Positions 50,863-60,741 are shown, numbered from the stretch's first letter. The stretch is DNA of 64,000 nucleotides from Trueperaceae bacterium (GCA_035703635.1 DASSXV010000021.1:1-64000); one strand, 5' to 3'. The notes: a model not told the origin generated them from the letters alone. Made by a program: numbers and translations.

Positions 50863-50906
50863 CACCTGGCTAATCTTCACGTCTACCCTTTGAGGGGGGA
50901 ACACCG

Positions 50907-52319
50907 ATGAAGCGATCCCTGATTCTCGCGTTTTCTCTGTGGCTCGTCGCCACGTTGGGCTTCGGCGTTGCAGAGGGGGTCTTGACTTTCTCCCCGAACA
51001 GCGGCCCCGTTGGCACCGCCGTGGCAGCGACCGCGAGCGGCCTACCGGCCAACGCCACCCTCGACTTCGTGTGGGCGACGGCTGACGCGCGCTGGCTGGT
51101 GGAGGACGGGCACTTCTATGGGCAAGATGCGGACGCGGCCCAAGCCGTGCTGCTCAGCGTCATGACGGACAAGGACGGCAAGGCGTCATTCACTTTCACC
51201 GTGCCGACCGACTTCGGTTACGTTCACAACACCACGCTCGTGCAAGGTGAAGAGGTGGTTGCCAGGCAAGGCTTCACGCTGACGCCAGAACTGACCCTCT
51301 CACCGACCTCGGGGCCGTTGGGCACCCCGATCACCGTCACGGTCACGGGCCTAGGCTTCAACTTCTACCAATCCGGCTGGCACCTCATGTACGACAACGC
51401 GCAGACCGGTTGGGTTACGGGCATCACCACGCAGGGCAGCGCGACTTTCACCATCCCGGCGACCGGCAACGAGGGCCCGCACCTGCTCCAACTCCTGACT
51501 GGACCGCGGCGGCCGTACCTCAACATCGAACAGTCGCCGAACTACCAGCCTGCGATGGCCTATCACGAGCACGCCACCTTCACCATCACGCCTGGGCAAG
51601 CGGTCACGCCACCGGACGCTGCGGACCAGACCTTGCCACGCGTCAAGGGTCAGCAAGCGCTCGGCTCCGACCCGGCGATCGCCGTCGACTTCGCGTCCGG
51701 CATCGTCGGCAGCCCGATACGCCTGATGGGCGTCAACTACCCGGCTGAAACGACTGTCGAGCTGAGTTACAGCTCCGTGCGCGGCAACCGCATCAGCGGC
51801 GGCGGCTGGCAGACGGTCGACGTGCCGTGGGGCAGCGTTAAGACCGACGCGGCCGGCGGCTTCGACGTGACGTGGCCGACGCCAGACGACCTCGCGGGTG
51901 CTCGCACCATCACCGCCGTGGCCGGCGGAACGAGCGCCACCGTCGACTACACCATCACGCCAAACGTCGAAGCGCTGACCCCGTCCCAGGTCGCTCCGGG
52001 CGCAACCTTCCAGCTCACGCTCAAAGGCACGGGCTGGAGCGATACAGGCAACATCTACACGGTCGTCATCGACAACAGCTACTTCGGTTACGCCTGTGGC
52101 TTCAACACCAACGGCACCATCGTCATCAACTTCACGGCGCCACTCGAGCCGGGCTGGCACTACCTGGATCTCTACCCGTCCATCTACCAAGGGACGAGTG
52201 ACGTGCCCACCACCACGACCTCCAACGACCACTTCCAACTGCCCATGCTCAACGCCATCGATCACCCTGGCGAGGAGCTGCCTGCGTTCCACCTGGCGTT
52301 CGAGGTGGTGGGCGAGTAG
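50907..52319 (+). CDS. secreted protein with four Ig/IPT-like repeats
   Basis: Signal peptide; repeats starting LTFSPNSGPVGT, LTLSPTSGPLGT, DFASGIVGS, LTPSQVAPGA. Confidence 0.82.
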   Translation: MKRSLILAFSLWLVATLGFGVAEGVLTFSPNSGPVGTAVAATASGLPANATLDFVWATADARWLVEDGHFYGQDADAAQAVLLSVMTDKDGKASFTFTVPTDFGYVHNTTLVQGEEVVARQGFTLTPELTLSPTSGPLGTPITVTVTGLGFNFYQSGWHLMYDNAQTGWVTGITTQGSATFTIPATGNEGPHLLQLLTGPRRPYLNIEQSPNYQPAMAYHEHATFTITPGQAVTPPDAADQTLPRVKGQQALGSDPAIAVDFASGIVGSPIRLMGVNYPAETTVELSYSSVRGNRISGGGWQTVDVPWGSVKTDAAGGFDVTWPTPDDLAGARTITAVAGGTSATVDYTITPNVEALTPSQVAPGATFQLTLKGTGWSDTGNIYTVVIDNSYFGYACGFNTNGTIVINFTAPLEPGWHYLDLYPSIYQGTSDVPTTTTSNDHFQLPMLNAIDHPGEELPAFHLAFEVVGE

Positions 52320-52483
52320 GTCCTCTAGTCCTCCAGAAGAGGCGGCCCGCTCGCGGGGGGTGTACGTCGCCTTTCGGCGCCCCCAAGCGCGAGCGGTAGA
52401 CTGGTGCAGTACGCCGGTTCGCCGGCCGTTCAACGCCATAACGCGCGGCGCCAGCTCGCTTGGGCGCCACCCTGGAGGAAGCA

Positions 52484-53878
52484 ATGGACTTCGACCTCAT
52501 CGTCATCGGTTCCGGGCCAGGCGGCTACCACGCCGCCATCCGGGCCTCGCAGTTGGGCCTGAAGGTCGCATGCGTCGAGAAGGGCGCCGTCGGCGGCGTG
52601 TGCCTCAACATCGGCTGCATTCCCACCAAGGCGCTGCTGCACGTTGGTTCCGAGTTGCGCAACGCCAAGGACGCGGCAGCGTTCGGCATCGACTTCGGCA
52701 CGCCGAAAGTCGACCTGCAGGCGGTAGACAAGTGGAAGCTCGACGTCGTCAAGAAGCAAACCTCTGGCGTTGGCATGCTGTTCAAGGGCAACAAGGTCAC
52801 GCTCCTCGAAGGCGAGGCGCGCTTCACGGGGCCGAACACCGTAGAGGTGGCGGGTAAGCCGTACTCCGCACCGAAGTTCATCGTGGCGACCGGTTCGCGG
52901 CCAGCCGCCATACCCGGCTTCGAGCTTGACGGCGAGCGCATCGTCGACTCGACAGGCGCCCTCAACATCGGCAAGACCGTGCCTGCGCGCATGGTCGTGA
53001 TCGGGGCGGGCGCCATCGGGCTGGAGTTCGCGGACGTCTACTCCTCGCTTGGCAGCGAGGTGACGGTGGTCGAGATGCTCCCCAACATCGCAGGCGCGGC
53101 AGACATAGACGCGAGCAAGGAACTACGCAAGGCGCTCGAGAAGCGCGGCATCCGCATCCTCACCTCTACCAAGGTCCTAGGGCAGAAGGAAACGAAGAAG
53201 GGCACCGAGGTCACGGTGCAAGGAGAGGACGGCAAGGAAGAGGTCATCTTGGCCGACCGCGTGCTGGTGGCCGTCGGGCGCCGCCCTAACGGCGCCAACC
53301 TCGGGCTGGAGAACGCCGGCGTCAAGGTCGACGAGCGCGGCTTCGTTACGGTCGTCAACGACCACATGCAGACGAGCGCAGCGCACGTTTACGCCATCGG
53401 CGACGTGGCGCGCGCGCCGCTGCTCGCCCACAAGGCCATGAAGGAAGGCGTCGTCGCCGCCGAGCACGCGGCCGGTCAGCCGACGGCCTACGACACGGTC
53501 GTGCCGAGCGTCATCTACACGTCCCCGGAGCTAGCTAGCGTCGGCATGACGGAGGAAGAGGCGACCAAGGCGGGCTTCGAGGTCCGCATCGGGCGCTTCC
53601 CCCTGGCTGCCTCCGGGCGCGCCTCCACCCTCGGCGTCAACAGCGGCCTGATCAAGCTCATCGGCGACGCCGCGACGGACATGCTCCTCGGCTTCCACAT
53701 GGTCGGCCCGAACGCGGGCGACATCGTCTCGGAGGCCGCCCTCGCCATCGAGATGGGCGCGACGCTCGAGGACATCGCCCTCACGCAGCACCCGCACCCC
53801 ACAATCTCGGAGGGAGTCATGGAGGCCGCGGAGCACGCGCACGGCAAGGCCATCCACATCGCCAACCGGCGGCGTTAG
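52484..53878 (+). CDS. lpdA: dihydrolipoyl dehydrogenase
   Basis: GSGPGGY, GGVCLNIGCIPTK, HPHPTISE; GGAGG RBS. Confidence 0.97.
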   Translation: MDFDLIVIGSGPGGYHAAIRASQLGLKVACVEKGAVGGVCLNIGCIPTKALLHVGSELRNAKDAAAFGIDFGTPKVDLQAVDKWKLDVVKKQTSGVGMLFKGNKVTLLEGEARFTGPNTVEVAGKPYSAPKFIVATGSRPAAIPGFELDGERIVDSTGALNIGKTVPARMVVIGAGAIGLEFADVYSSLGSEVTVVEMLPNIAGAADIDASKELRKALEKRGIRILTSTKVLGQKETKKGTEVTVQGEDGKEEVILADRVLVAVGRRPNGANLGLENAGVKVDERGFVTVVNDHMQTSAAHVYAIGDVARAPLLAHKAMKEGVVAAEHAAGQPTAYDTVVPSVIYTSPELASVGMTEEEATKAGFEVRIGRFPLAASGRASTLGVNSGLIKLIGDAATDMLLGFHMVGPNAGDIVSEAALAIEMGATLEDIALTQHPHPTISEGVMEAAEHAHGKAIHIANRRR

Positions 53879-53919
53879 GCGGCGGCGCGCTCAGCAGTTC
53901 CGCACCTAGCCGAACAGAC

Positions 53920-53955
53920 GTTGCGGCCCCCGCGAAGGTTCGCGGGGGCCGCAAC
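53920..53955. terminator. perfect inverted repeat between convergent lpdA and argJ
   Basis: GTTGCGGCCCCCGCGAA-gg-TTCGCGGGGGCCGCAAC. Confidence 0.8.
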
Positions 53956-53974
53956 TCCAGCTAGTAGCAGCGGT

Positions 53975-55123
53975 TCAGGTCGTGTAGTCAGCGTTGATCC
54001 TGACGTAACCCTCCGAGAGGTCGCAACCCCAAGCCTCGCCCTGGGCGCTGCCAACGCCGAGGTCGGCCTCGAGCAGCACGTCATCTGAGCGCAGGGCGTC
54101 GGAGACCACTTTCGCGTCGAACGGCTGCGGCTCGCCGTAGTAGAGCTCGAAACCCTGGGCGAGCACGCGCACGTGCGCTTCGTTGAGGGCGACGTTGGCG
54201 CGGCCGACGGCGGCCAAGATGCGGCCCCAGTTCGGGTCCGAGCCGTGCACTGCAGCCTTGACCAGGTTGCTGCCGGCAACCGTGCGCGCCGCGCGCCGCG
54301 CCTCGACTTCATCCTTGGCGCCAGTCACGCGCACCGTGATGAGTTTGGTGGCGCCCTCGCCGTCGCGCGCCACTTGCTTGGCTAGCGAGGAGGCAACCTC
54401 GAGCAGCGCAGCCTCCAACTCCTTGAGGTCAGCCGCCACCAGCCCAGACGAGAACACGATGGCCATGTCGTTCGTGCTCGTGTCGCCGTCGACCGTCACT
54501 TGGTTGAACGAGCGGTCGACCACTCTGCTCCACATGGCCCTGAGCGCGTCCTGGTCGACCTTGGCGTCCGTCATCACGAACGTCAGCAAGGTCGCCATGT
54601 TCGGGTGGATCATGCCAGAGCCCTTGGCGACGCCAAGCACGCGCGCACCGCCAGCCAGGTCCCGCACGGCCTCCTTGGCGACCAAGTCGGTGGTGAGGAT
54701 GGCGCGGGCGAGGCCCTCGCTGTCGTCGCCGCGCGCCGCGGCAGCTTGGGGAAGGCCAGTCACGAGCTTGTCTATCGGCATGGCGTGTCCGATCACACCG
54801 GTGCTGGCGCTCAGCACTTCGTCCGCGCCACTCAACCCCAGCGCCTCCGCTGCAGCGCTCGCGAGCCTGAGGTCGTCGATCTCTCCGCGCTCGCCGTTCG
54901 CGCAGTTGGCGTTGCCGCTGTTGATCACCAGCGCCCTAACGGGCTTACCGCTGGCGGCGAGGGACCTGTCGCGCACCACGCACGGGGCGACGACCGCGTT
55001 GGTGGTGGCGCTATACGCCCACACGAGCGGCGCGGCCGAGTAGATGATGCCGAGGTCTGGCCGCCCAGAGCGCTTGACGCCAACCGTGATGCCAGCCACT
55101 TCGAACCCTTTTGGAACCTTCAC
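53975..55123 (-). CDS. argJ: glutamate N-acetyltransferase / ornithine acetyltransferase
   Basis: NSGNAN, STGVIG, KGSGMIHPNMAT, DGDTSTND, DPNWGR, YVRINADYTT. Confidence 0.96.
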   Translation of the reverse strand: MKVPKGFEVAGITVGVKRSGRPDLGIIYSAAPLVWAYSATTNAVVAPCVVRDRSLAASGKPVRALVINSGNANCANGERGEIDDLRLASAAAEALGLSGADEVLSASTGVIGHAMPIDKLVTGLPQAAAARGDDSEGLARAILTTDLVAKEAVRDLAGGARVLGVAKGSGMIHPNMATLLTFVMTDAKVDQDALRAMWSRVVDRSFNQVTVDGDTSTNDMAIVFSSGLVAADLKELEAALLEVASSLAKQVARDGEGATKLITVRVTGAKDEVEARRAARTVAGSNLVKAAVHGSDPNWGRILAAVGRANVALNEAHVRVLAQGFELYYGEPQPFDAKVVSDALRSDDVLLEADLGVGSAQGEAWGCDLSEGYVRINADYTT

Positions 55124-55151
55124 TGCCGTCCTCCTGGGACCACGTTCAACT

Positions 55152-56264
55152 TCACGGCCACACCCCCGTGAGAGAGAGGGCCGTCGTCTCCTCGAACCCG
55201 AACGCCACGTTGAAGCCTTGGACTGCCTGACCTGACGCGCCCTTGCCGAGGTTGTCGATGGCGCAGAACACCAACACTTGCCCGGTGCGCTCGTCGTAAT
55301 GAGCGCTGAGCAGCGCGCGGTCCGACCCGCTAACGGCTTTCGTCTCAGGCAGAGCAGTACCGACGCCGATCAGCGGATCGCCTGCGTAGTAGTCGTTCAG
55401 AAGCCCTACGACCGCCGCGCTCGAGGGCGTCAGTCCACCCCAGGTGGCGGGCCTGGTCGCCAGGGTGGCGACGATGCCGCGGCTCATCGGCACGATGTGC
55501 GGCGTGAAAGCCACGGGTACGGGCTCGTACGGCGCCTGCGTGAGGAGCTCCTTGCCGTTGCCGCGCGCCGCTGCCGCTCGCGCGCGGCCGCCAACGGCCT
55601 CGATCTCCGCCGTGTGGCGGTGGGTGCCAGCTGGCTTGTACGGGCGGGCGTTCTCGTTCATCTCGCTGTAGTGCATGGCCTGCGAGGTGCCGCGCCCTGC
55701 GCCTGACACGCCCGTCAAGACGTTCACGATGACGGCGTCGCCGATCAAGCCAGCCGCCGCTAGCGGCGCCAAGGCGAGCGAGGCGGCCGTCGCGTTGCAG
55801 CCGGGGCTCGCGACTATGCGCGCCCCTGGCAGCTCATTGCGGTGAAGCTCTACCATGCCGTAAACGGCGTCTGCCAGCAGCTCTGGGTGCGGGTGAGGCG
55901 CGCCGTACCACTGCTCGTACTCGCGGGCGTCAAGGCGGAAGTCGGCCGACATGTCGATCACGCGCTTGCCCTCAGCCACGGCCTGCGCAACGAGCGGCGC
56001 GGTGGCGCCGTGAGGCGTGGCGCAGAACACGACGTCGGAGGCGGCTATGACATCGTCTGAACTCGCGAAACGCAGGGGGATGTCTAGCCCAGCGAGGTGA
56101 GGCCAACTGGCGGACAGCGGCTGCCCGAGGTAGGCACGCGAGCCAATGGCGGCGAGCCGCACGTGCGGGTGACGCACCAAGCGCTCTATGAGGCCGGCGC
56201 CGCCGTAACCGCTCGCGCCAAGCACGCCAACGCGCAACCCCGAAGCGCTGCTACTTCCGGTCAT
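55152..56264 (-). CDS. argC: N-acetyl-gamma-glutamyl-phosphate reductase
   Basis: GASGYGG, SADFR, PGCNAT, GVSGAG, HRH.AEI, DNLGKGASGQA. Confidence 0.93.
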   Translation of the reverse strand: MTGSSSASGLRVGVLGASGYGGAGLIERLVRHPHVRLAAIGSRAYLGQPLSASWPHLAGLDIPLRFASSDDVIAASDVVFCATPHGATAPLVAQAVAEGKRVIDMSADFRLDAREYEQWYGAPHPHPELLADAVYGMVELHRNELPGARIVASPGCNATAASLALAPLAAAGLIGDAVIVNVLTGVSGAGRGTSQAMHYSEMNENARPYKPAGTHRHTAEIEAVGGRARAAAARGNGKELLTQAPYEPVPVAFTPHIVPMSRGIVATLATRPATWGGLTPSSAAVVGLLNDYYAGDPLIGVGTALPETKAVSGSDRALLSAHYDERTGQVLVFCAIDNLGKGASGQAVQGFNVAFGFEETTALSLTGVWP

Positions 56265-56270
56265 GTGTGC

Positions 56271-57212
56271 TCACGCACCGTTCATGAACTGAAAGATCAC
56301 GGCCTTGTGTGCGTGCAGACGGTTCTCAGCTTGATCGAACACCACGCTGCGCTCGTGGTAAACGGCGTCTTCCGTGCACTCCTCTCCGTAATGGGCTGGC
56401 AGGTCGTGCATGAACACCCCGTGCGCGCTTAGGTCGGCGAACCACTCCGGCGTGATCGTGTAGCCAGCGAAGTCGCGCTTGCGGCGCTCAGTCTCCTCCT
56501 CCATGCCCATCGAGATCCACACGTCCGTGTAGAGGGCGTCCGCAGCGCGCGTTGCTTCCCGCGGGTCGTGCGAGATGTGGATGACCCCTCCGCGGGCGCG
56601 TGCCGCGGCCAGGATCGCGGCGTCAGGCTCATAGCCGGGCGGGCAGGCGATGGTGAGCTCGACGCCGCCGAGGGTCGCCGCGTTCACGTGCGAGTTGGCG
56701 ACGTTGTTGCCGTCGCCGACGAACGTCAGCTTCAAGCCGTTCAGTTCGCCGAACGTCTCCTTGAGGGTGATGTAGTCGGCGAGGAGTTGGCAGGGGTGCA
56801 GGAGGTCGGACAGGCCGTTGATGACGGGCACCGTGGCGTGCCGCGCGAGCTCGACGAGGGTGTCGTGGCCGTAAGTTCTGGCCATGATGCCGTCGACCCA
56901 ACGGTCGAGGTTGGAAGCCACGTCGCGCACGGTCTCACGCACGCCCCACCCGATGTAGTTCTGGCTGAGGAGGATGGCGTGCCCGCCGAGCTGCGCCATG
57001 GCGATGTCGAACGTGGAGCGCGTCCTTAGCGACTGCTTCTCGAAGATCATGGCGAGCGTCTTGTGCTGCATGAGGGCGGGTCTCACACCGCTCTTCCAGG
57101 CCGTCTTGAGTTCGATGGCGCTGGCGATCAGGCCGCTGAACTCCTCTTGGCTCAAGTCAGCCAGTGAGAGAAAATCCCGGCCTGCAAGACTCGGGAGGTG
57201 TGTTGGCTCCAT
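56271..57212 (-). CDS. argF: ornithine carbamoyltransferase
   Basis: SLRTR, HPCQ, DGNNV, DVWISMG, HDLPA, QAENR. Confidence 0.93.
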   Translation of the reverse strand: MEPTHLPSLAGRDFLSLADLSQEEFSGLIASAIELKTAWKSGVRPALMQHKTLAMIFEKQSLRTRSTFDIAMAQLGGHAILLSQNYIGWGVRETVRDVASNLDRWVDGIMARTYGHDTLVELARHATVPVINGLSDLLHPCQLLADYITLKETFGELNGLKLTFVGDGNNVANSHVNAATLGGVELTIACPPGYEPDAAILAAARARGGVIHISHDPREATRAADALYTDVWISMGMEEETERRKRDFAGYTITPEWFADLSAHGVFMHDLPAHYGEECTEDAVYHERSVVFDQAENRLHAHKAVIFQFMNGA

Positions 57213-57350
57213 TCCAGCTCCAATCCCAACGTCAGGGAAGTCCGCGCCGCGCCCTTAGCGCATGGGCCGAGGTCCCGGCCGTGGCCGGTGGCGGCGAATG
57301 CCGAGCAGGATAGCATCCGTTCGCTACCGGCACTGCGTTCGGAGTGGTGC

Positions 57351-58508
57351 TCAGCCGACGCCGAGGAGCCCTAAGTACCAGGCGATCACGGCGTCACCGA
57401 AGAACAGTGCAGCGACGCCGCCAGCAAGCAGGTAAGGCCCGAACGGGATGACGCGCGACCCGCCAGCCAAGCGCCCCACGACGCCGAAGAGCGCGCCGAG
57501 GCAGACGGCGAACAGCACCGCCACCATCAGCTTCTCCCACCCTAGGATGGCGCCCAGGGCGGCGGCGAGCTTCACGTCGCCGAAGCCCATGGCTACCGGC
57601 TCAGGCTTCGTTTCTGCTTCCTCCGCGAGGCGCGCTGCCTCGGCGGCGGCTGGCCTAATCGCGTCGTGCAGCCACCAGTAAGTGGCGCCGATGAGCGCCC
57701 ACGCGCCTGCGGCAACCACGCTGCCGCCGAGCGCGGTGATGGTCGGCACCGTGAACGAGGTGGTGGACAGCACGAGACCGACGGCCCACAGGCCGTACGC
57801 GAGCGCTTCGGGCAAGCGCACGCTGCGGCGCGCAGCGAGGTTGACGAGCACGCTGACCGCGCCGGCAGCCAAGCCCCACCACACGCCCGCGAACGCCCCA
57901 ACGACCGCTGCGAGGTTCACCTGGTCGAGGCTGATGGGGAAGAGGCGCTCCTCGGTATCAGCGAAGCGCCGCAGCACCAACGCGCCGATGCGGTTGATGA
58001 GCACGAGCACGCCAGCGCCCGCCAGCGCGCCGGTTAGGGCGGCGAGCGGCGTCGGCAAGTCTGCCGCCTCGCCCGTCACGAATGCCCCCAGCACGCCAAG
58101 CGCAACCGCCGGCAGGGTGAGGGCGTCAGGCAGGATGTAGTGGTCGACGTCGATCAGGGCGGCCATGACGAGCATGGCGAGGACGACCCATAGCGGCAGG
58201 AAGGCGAGACCGGTCGTGAGCGGCGGCCAGCGCAGCGCCACCACCACGAAGAGTGCCGCCATGAGCGCCTCGACGAGCGGGTAGCGCGGCGAGATGCGTG
58301 CACCGCAGTGCCTGCAGCGGCCACGCAGCGCGAGCCACGAGAAGACGGGCACGAGCTCTAGTGGACCGAGGCGGTGCTGACAGTTGGGGCAGTGGCTGCC
58401 GGGGAAGGCGATCGACTCGTTGCGCGGCAGGCGCCAGATGACGACGTTGCCGAACGAACCGATGAGGCTACCGAGGACGCCGGCGAAGACGGCGAACAGC
58501 GTCGTCAT
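57351..58508 (-). CDS. pilD: prepilin peptidase (A24)
   Basis: GSFGNVVIWRLP, CPNC/CRHC, IDVD, MGFGDVKL, PFGPYL. Confidence 0.93.
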   Translation of the reverse strand: MTTLFAVFAGVLGSLIGSFGNVVIWRLPRNESIAFPGSHCPNCQHRLGPLELVPVFSWLALRGRCRHCGARISPRYPLVEALMAALFVVVALRWPPLTTGLAFLPLWVVLAMLVMAALIDVDHYILPDALTLPAVALGVLGAFVTGEAADLPTPLAALTGALAGAGVLVLINRIGALVLRRFADTEERLFPISLDQVNLAAVVGAFAGVWWGLAAGAVSVLVNLAARRSVRLPEALAYGLWAVGLVLSTTSFTVPTITALGGSVVAAGAWALIGATYWWLHDAIRPAAAEAARLAEEAETKPEPVAMGFGDVKLAAALGAILGWEKLMVAVLFAVCLGALFGVVGRLAGGSRVIPFGPYLLAGGVAALFFGDAVIAWYLGLLGVG

Positions 58509-58609
58509 GTTGGCTGGTGCAGTGGATGGGGGAGAGTTCGCAGAGGTTCAAGCACAAGTTAAGGCCTCGCAAGGCTTCTCATCATCCCGGTGGTAAGGTG
58601 ACCTCCGCT

Positions 58610-59110
58610 ATGAGAAGACTCACCCTCCTAGGCATACTTGCAGCGGTTGTCATCGCCGTGACCGCGTCGTCCCTAAGCGCCCAGTCGCGCCCAACCAAGC
58701 TCGTGTTCGTGGACTCGCAGGCCGTCTTGCGGGCTCACCCGGCTGGTCAGGCTGTCGAGGCGCTCCGTGCGCAGGCCCAGACCGAGGTCAAGGGCCTGAC
58801 CGACAGCATCGCTGCGCTCGAGGCAAAGCTCGGTGCGGGCCAAACGCTGACGCCAGACGAGAGTGAGCGGTACGCGACGCTGCGCACCACGCTGCAGGCG
58901 GTGCAGACCCGCTACCTCAACGACATCGAGGCGGCCGCGGCTCCGGCGGTGCAGGCCACCAACGTCGCCATCACGGAGCTGGCCAAGGAGAACGGCTACA
59001 CCGTCGTACTCGACCGGGTAGAGGCCGCCAACCAGCGCATCGTGGTCTACGCTGACGACGACCTGGACATCACTCAGCTCGTGATCGACCGCGTGACGGC
59101 AGGCAACTAA
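58610..59110 (+). CDS. OmpH/Skp family periplasmic chaperone
   Basis: Signal peptide, KLVFVD, helical core, AKENGYTVVLD, DIT..VI. Confidence 0.85.
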   Translation: MRRLTLLGILAAVVIAVTASSLSAQSRPTKLVFVDSQAVLRAHPAGQAVEALRAQAQTEVKGLTDSIAALEAKLGAGQTLTPDESERYATLRTTLQAVQTRYLNDIEAAAAPAVQATNVAITELAKENGYTVVLDRVEAANQRIVVYADDDLDITQLVIDRVTAGN

Positions 59111-59116
59111 GACCGC

Positions 59117-59860
59117 CTAACCCTCGTTCGTTGGCCTAGACCGCCATTCAGCTACCAGAGCGCGTTCCTCATCCGTGAGGGGCGCGCTTTCAAGTAGTTC
59201 AGGTCGGCGCTCGAACGTGCGCCTGAGCGCCTCGCGCCGGCGCCACGAGGCGACCTTCTCGTGATGGCCGGATAGGAGAACGTCGGGTACGACCAGGCCG
59301 TCGAAGTAGGGCGGCCTCGTGTACTCGGGGTAGTCGAGGAGGCCGGAGCTGAACGACTCCTGGCGGTGGCTCTCTGCGTCGCCAAGCACGCCCGGCAGTA
59401 GGCGAGCGGTCGCCTCAAGCAGCACTAGGGCGGGGAGTTCGCCGCCCATGAGCACGTAATCGCCTATCGACACTTGACGGGTGACCAGCTCCTCGACGCG
59501 CGCGTCGAACCCCTCGTAGCGGCCGGAGATGATGGCGACGTGCTGCAAGGAAGCGAAGTGCTCGACAAGAGCCTGCGTTAGCGGCTCGCCTGCCGGTGTG
59601 AGGAGGATCGTCTCGTCAGGCGGCGGCGAGTCCTCCCGCAACTCGGCCACGGCCTTGGCGGCAACGTCGACGCGCATGACCATGCCCGCCCCACCACCGT
59701 AAGGCGCGTCGTCCACGCGGTTGGTGCGGTTGCCCGCGAAGCGGCGCAGGTCACGCAACTCTACGCTCAAGCGGCCGTTGCGGATGGCCTTGCCGAGGAG
59801 CGCTTCTTGCAGGTACGGCTCGATCAGGCTAGCGAAGAGGGTGTAGATGGTGAAGCGCAA
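59117..59860 (-). CDS. trmD: tRNA (guanine-N1)-methyltransferase
   Basis: VDDAPYGGGAGM, GRYEGFD, SIGDYVLMGGE, YTRP, LLSGHH. Confidence 0.97.
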   Translation of the reverse strand: MRFTIYTLFASLIEPYLQEALLGKAIRNGRLSVELRDLRRFAGNRTNRVDDAPYGGGAGMVMRVDVAAKAVAELREDSPPPDETILLTPAGEPLTQALVEHFASLQHVAIISGRYEGFDARVEELVTRQVSIGDYVLMGGELPALVLLEATARLLPGVLGDAESHRQESFSSGLLDYPEYTRPPYFDGLVVPDVLLSGHHEKVASWRRREALRRTFERRPELLESAPLTDEERALVAEWRSRPTNEG

Positions 59861-59872
59861 GGCGGCCGCGCT

Positions 59873-60466
59873 TCAGCTTGGGTCGAGGAGGCCGGCTGGC
59901 GGGTCGGTCAGCTCGATGGCCGGTTTCGTGCTGAGAGCGACGTACGGCGCGGCTAACGGCAGTAGGCACGTGCCGCCCGCCTTCAACGCCACCACGACGT
60001 AGTCGTTCAGTCCGCCCACTTCTGCGGCGGTGACGGTGCCGATCGCGGCGCCGTCCACGTGCACCTCGAGCCCGATCAGCGCCTCCTCCTCGCTCGGTGC
60101 GGCCAACGCAGCGGCGACCTCGTCCGCCAGGTCAGGCGGCAACAAGCTGGGGTCGAGCCACACCTGCGCGTTGACGACGCGCTGGGCCGCGGTGCGGTCA
60201 CGCACACCCTCGAGTAGCAGCAGCGCCCCACCCGCCGTGGGAAACCGCAGATCGCGCACGCGCACGTCGCCTAGGCCGGTGACGAACAGGCGGCCAGCGG
60301 CCGCCACCGCCTGCGCAGCGAGGCTGGTGGACGTGGGAGCCCCGGCCTGGGCGGCGCCAGCAGGCACATGCCAACGCAGCGCCCCCTCCAGTTGGAAGGT
60401 GCGCCCGAGGTCTCCGAAGGGGAGGTAGTTAGCGGGTGGCTTGGTGGCGGTGGGGTCCAATGCCAT
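59873..60466 (-). CDS. rimM: ribosome maturation factor RimM (divergent)
   Basis: Synteny between khpA and trmD; GVRDRTAA, LIGLEV, PPAGLLD. Confidence 0.85.
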   Translation of the reverse strand: MALDPTATKPPANYLPFGDLGRTFQLEGALRWHVPAGAAQAGAPTSTSLAAQAVAAAGRLFVTGLGDVRVRDLRFPTAGGALLLLEGVRDRTAAQRVVNAQVWLDPSLLPPDLADEVAAALAAPSEEEALIGLEVHVDGAAIGTVTAAEVGGLNDYVVVALKAGGTCLLPLAAPYVALSTKPAIELTDPPAGLLDPS

Positions 60467-60482
60467 GCGGAGGCGCTTGTCG

Positions 60483-60713
60483 CTACTCCAGCAGCTGGAC
60501 TTCTACGCGCTGGCGCCCGTCGGCAGCCGCGCGCGCCAAGGTCCGGATGGCGTTGATGACGCGGCCACCGCGGCCGATGATGCGGCCGACGTCGTCCGGA
60601 GCGCACGTGACGTCGATGCGCACGTTGCGGCCGTCGGACGTGGAAGTGACCTCCAAGTGCTCTGGCTCGGCAACCAAGTTCTGCAGGACGAACGTGACCA
60701 GGTCGAGGGGCAT
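60483..60713 (-). CDS. khpA: KH-domain RNA-binding protein
   Basis: DDVGRIIGRGGRVINAIRTL; downstream of rpsP. Confidence 0.92.
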   Translation of the reverse strand: MPLDLVTFVLQNLVAEPEHLEVTSTSDGRNVRIDVTCAPDDVGRIIGRGGRVINAIRTLARAAADGRQRVEVQLLE

Positions 60714-60741
60714 GCCGCCTCCGGTAGCGCTAGGCCAGGCC

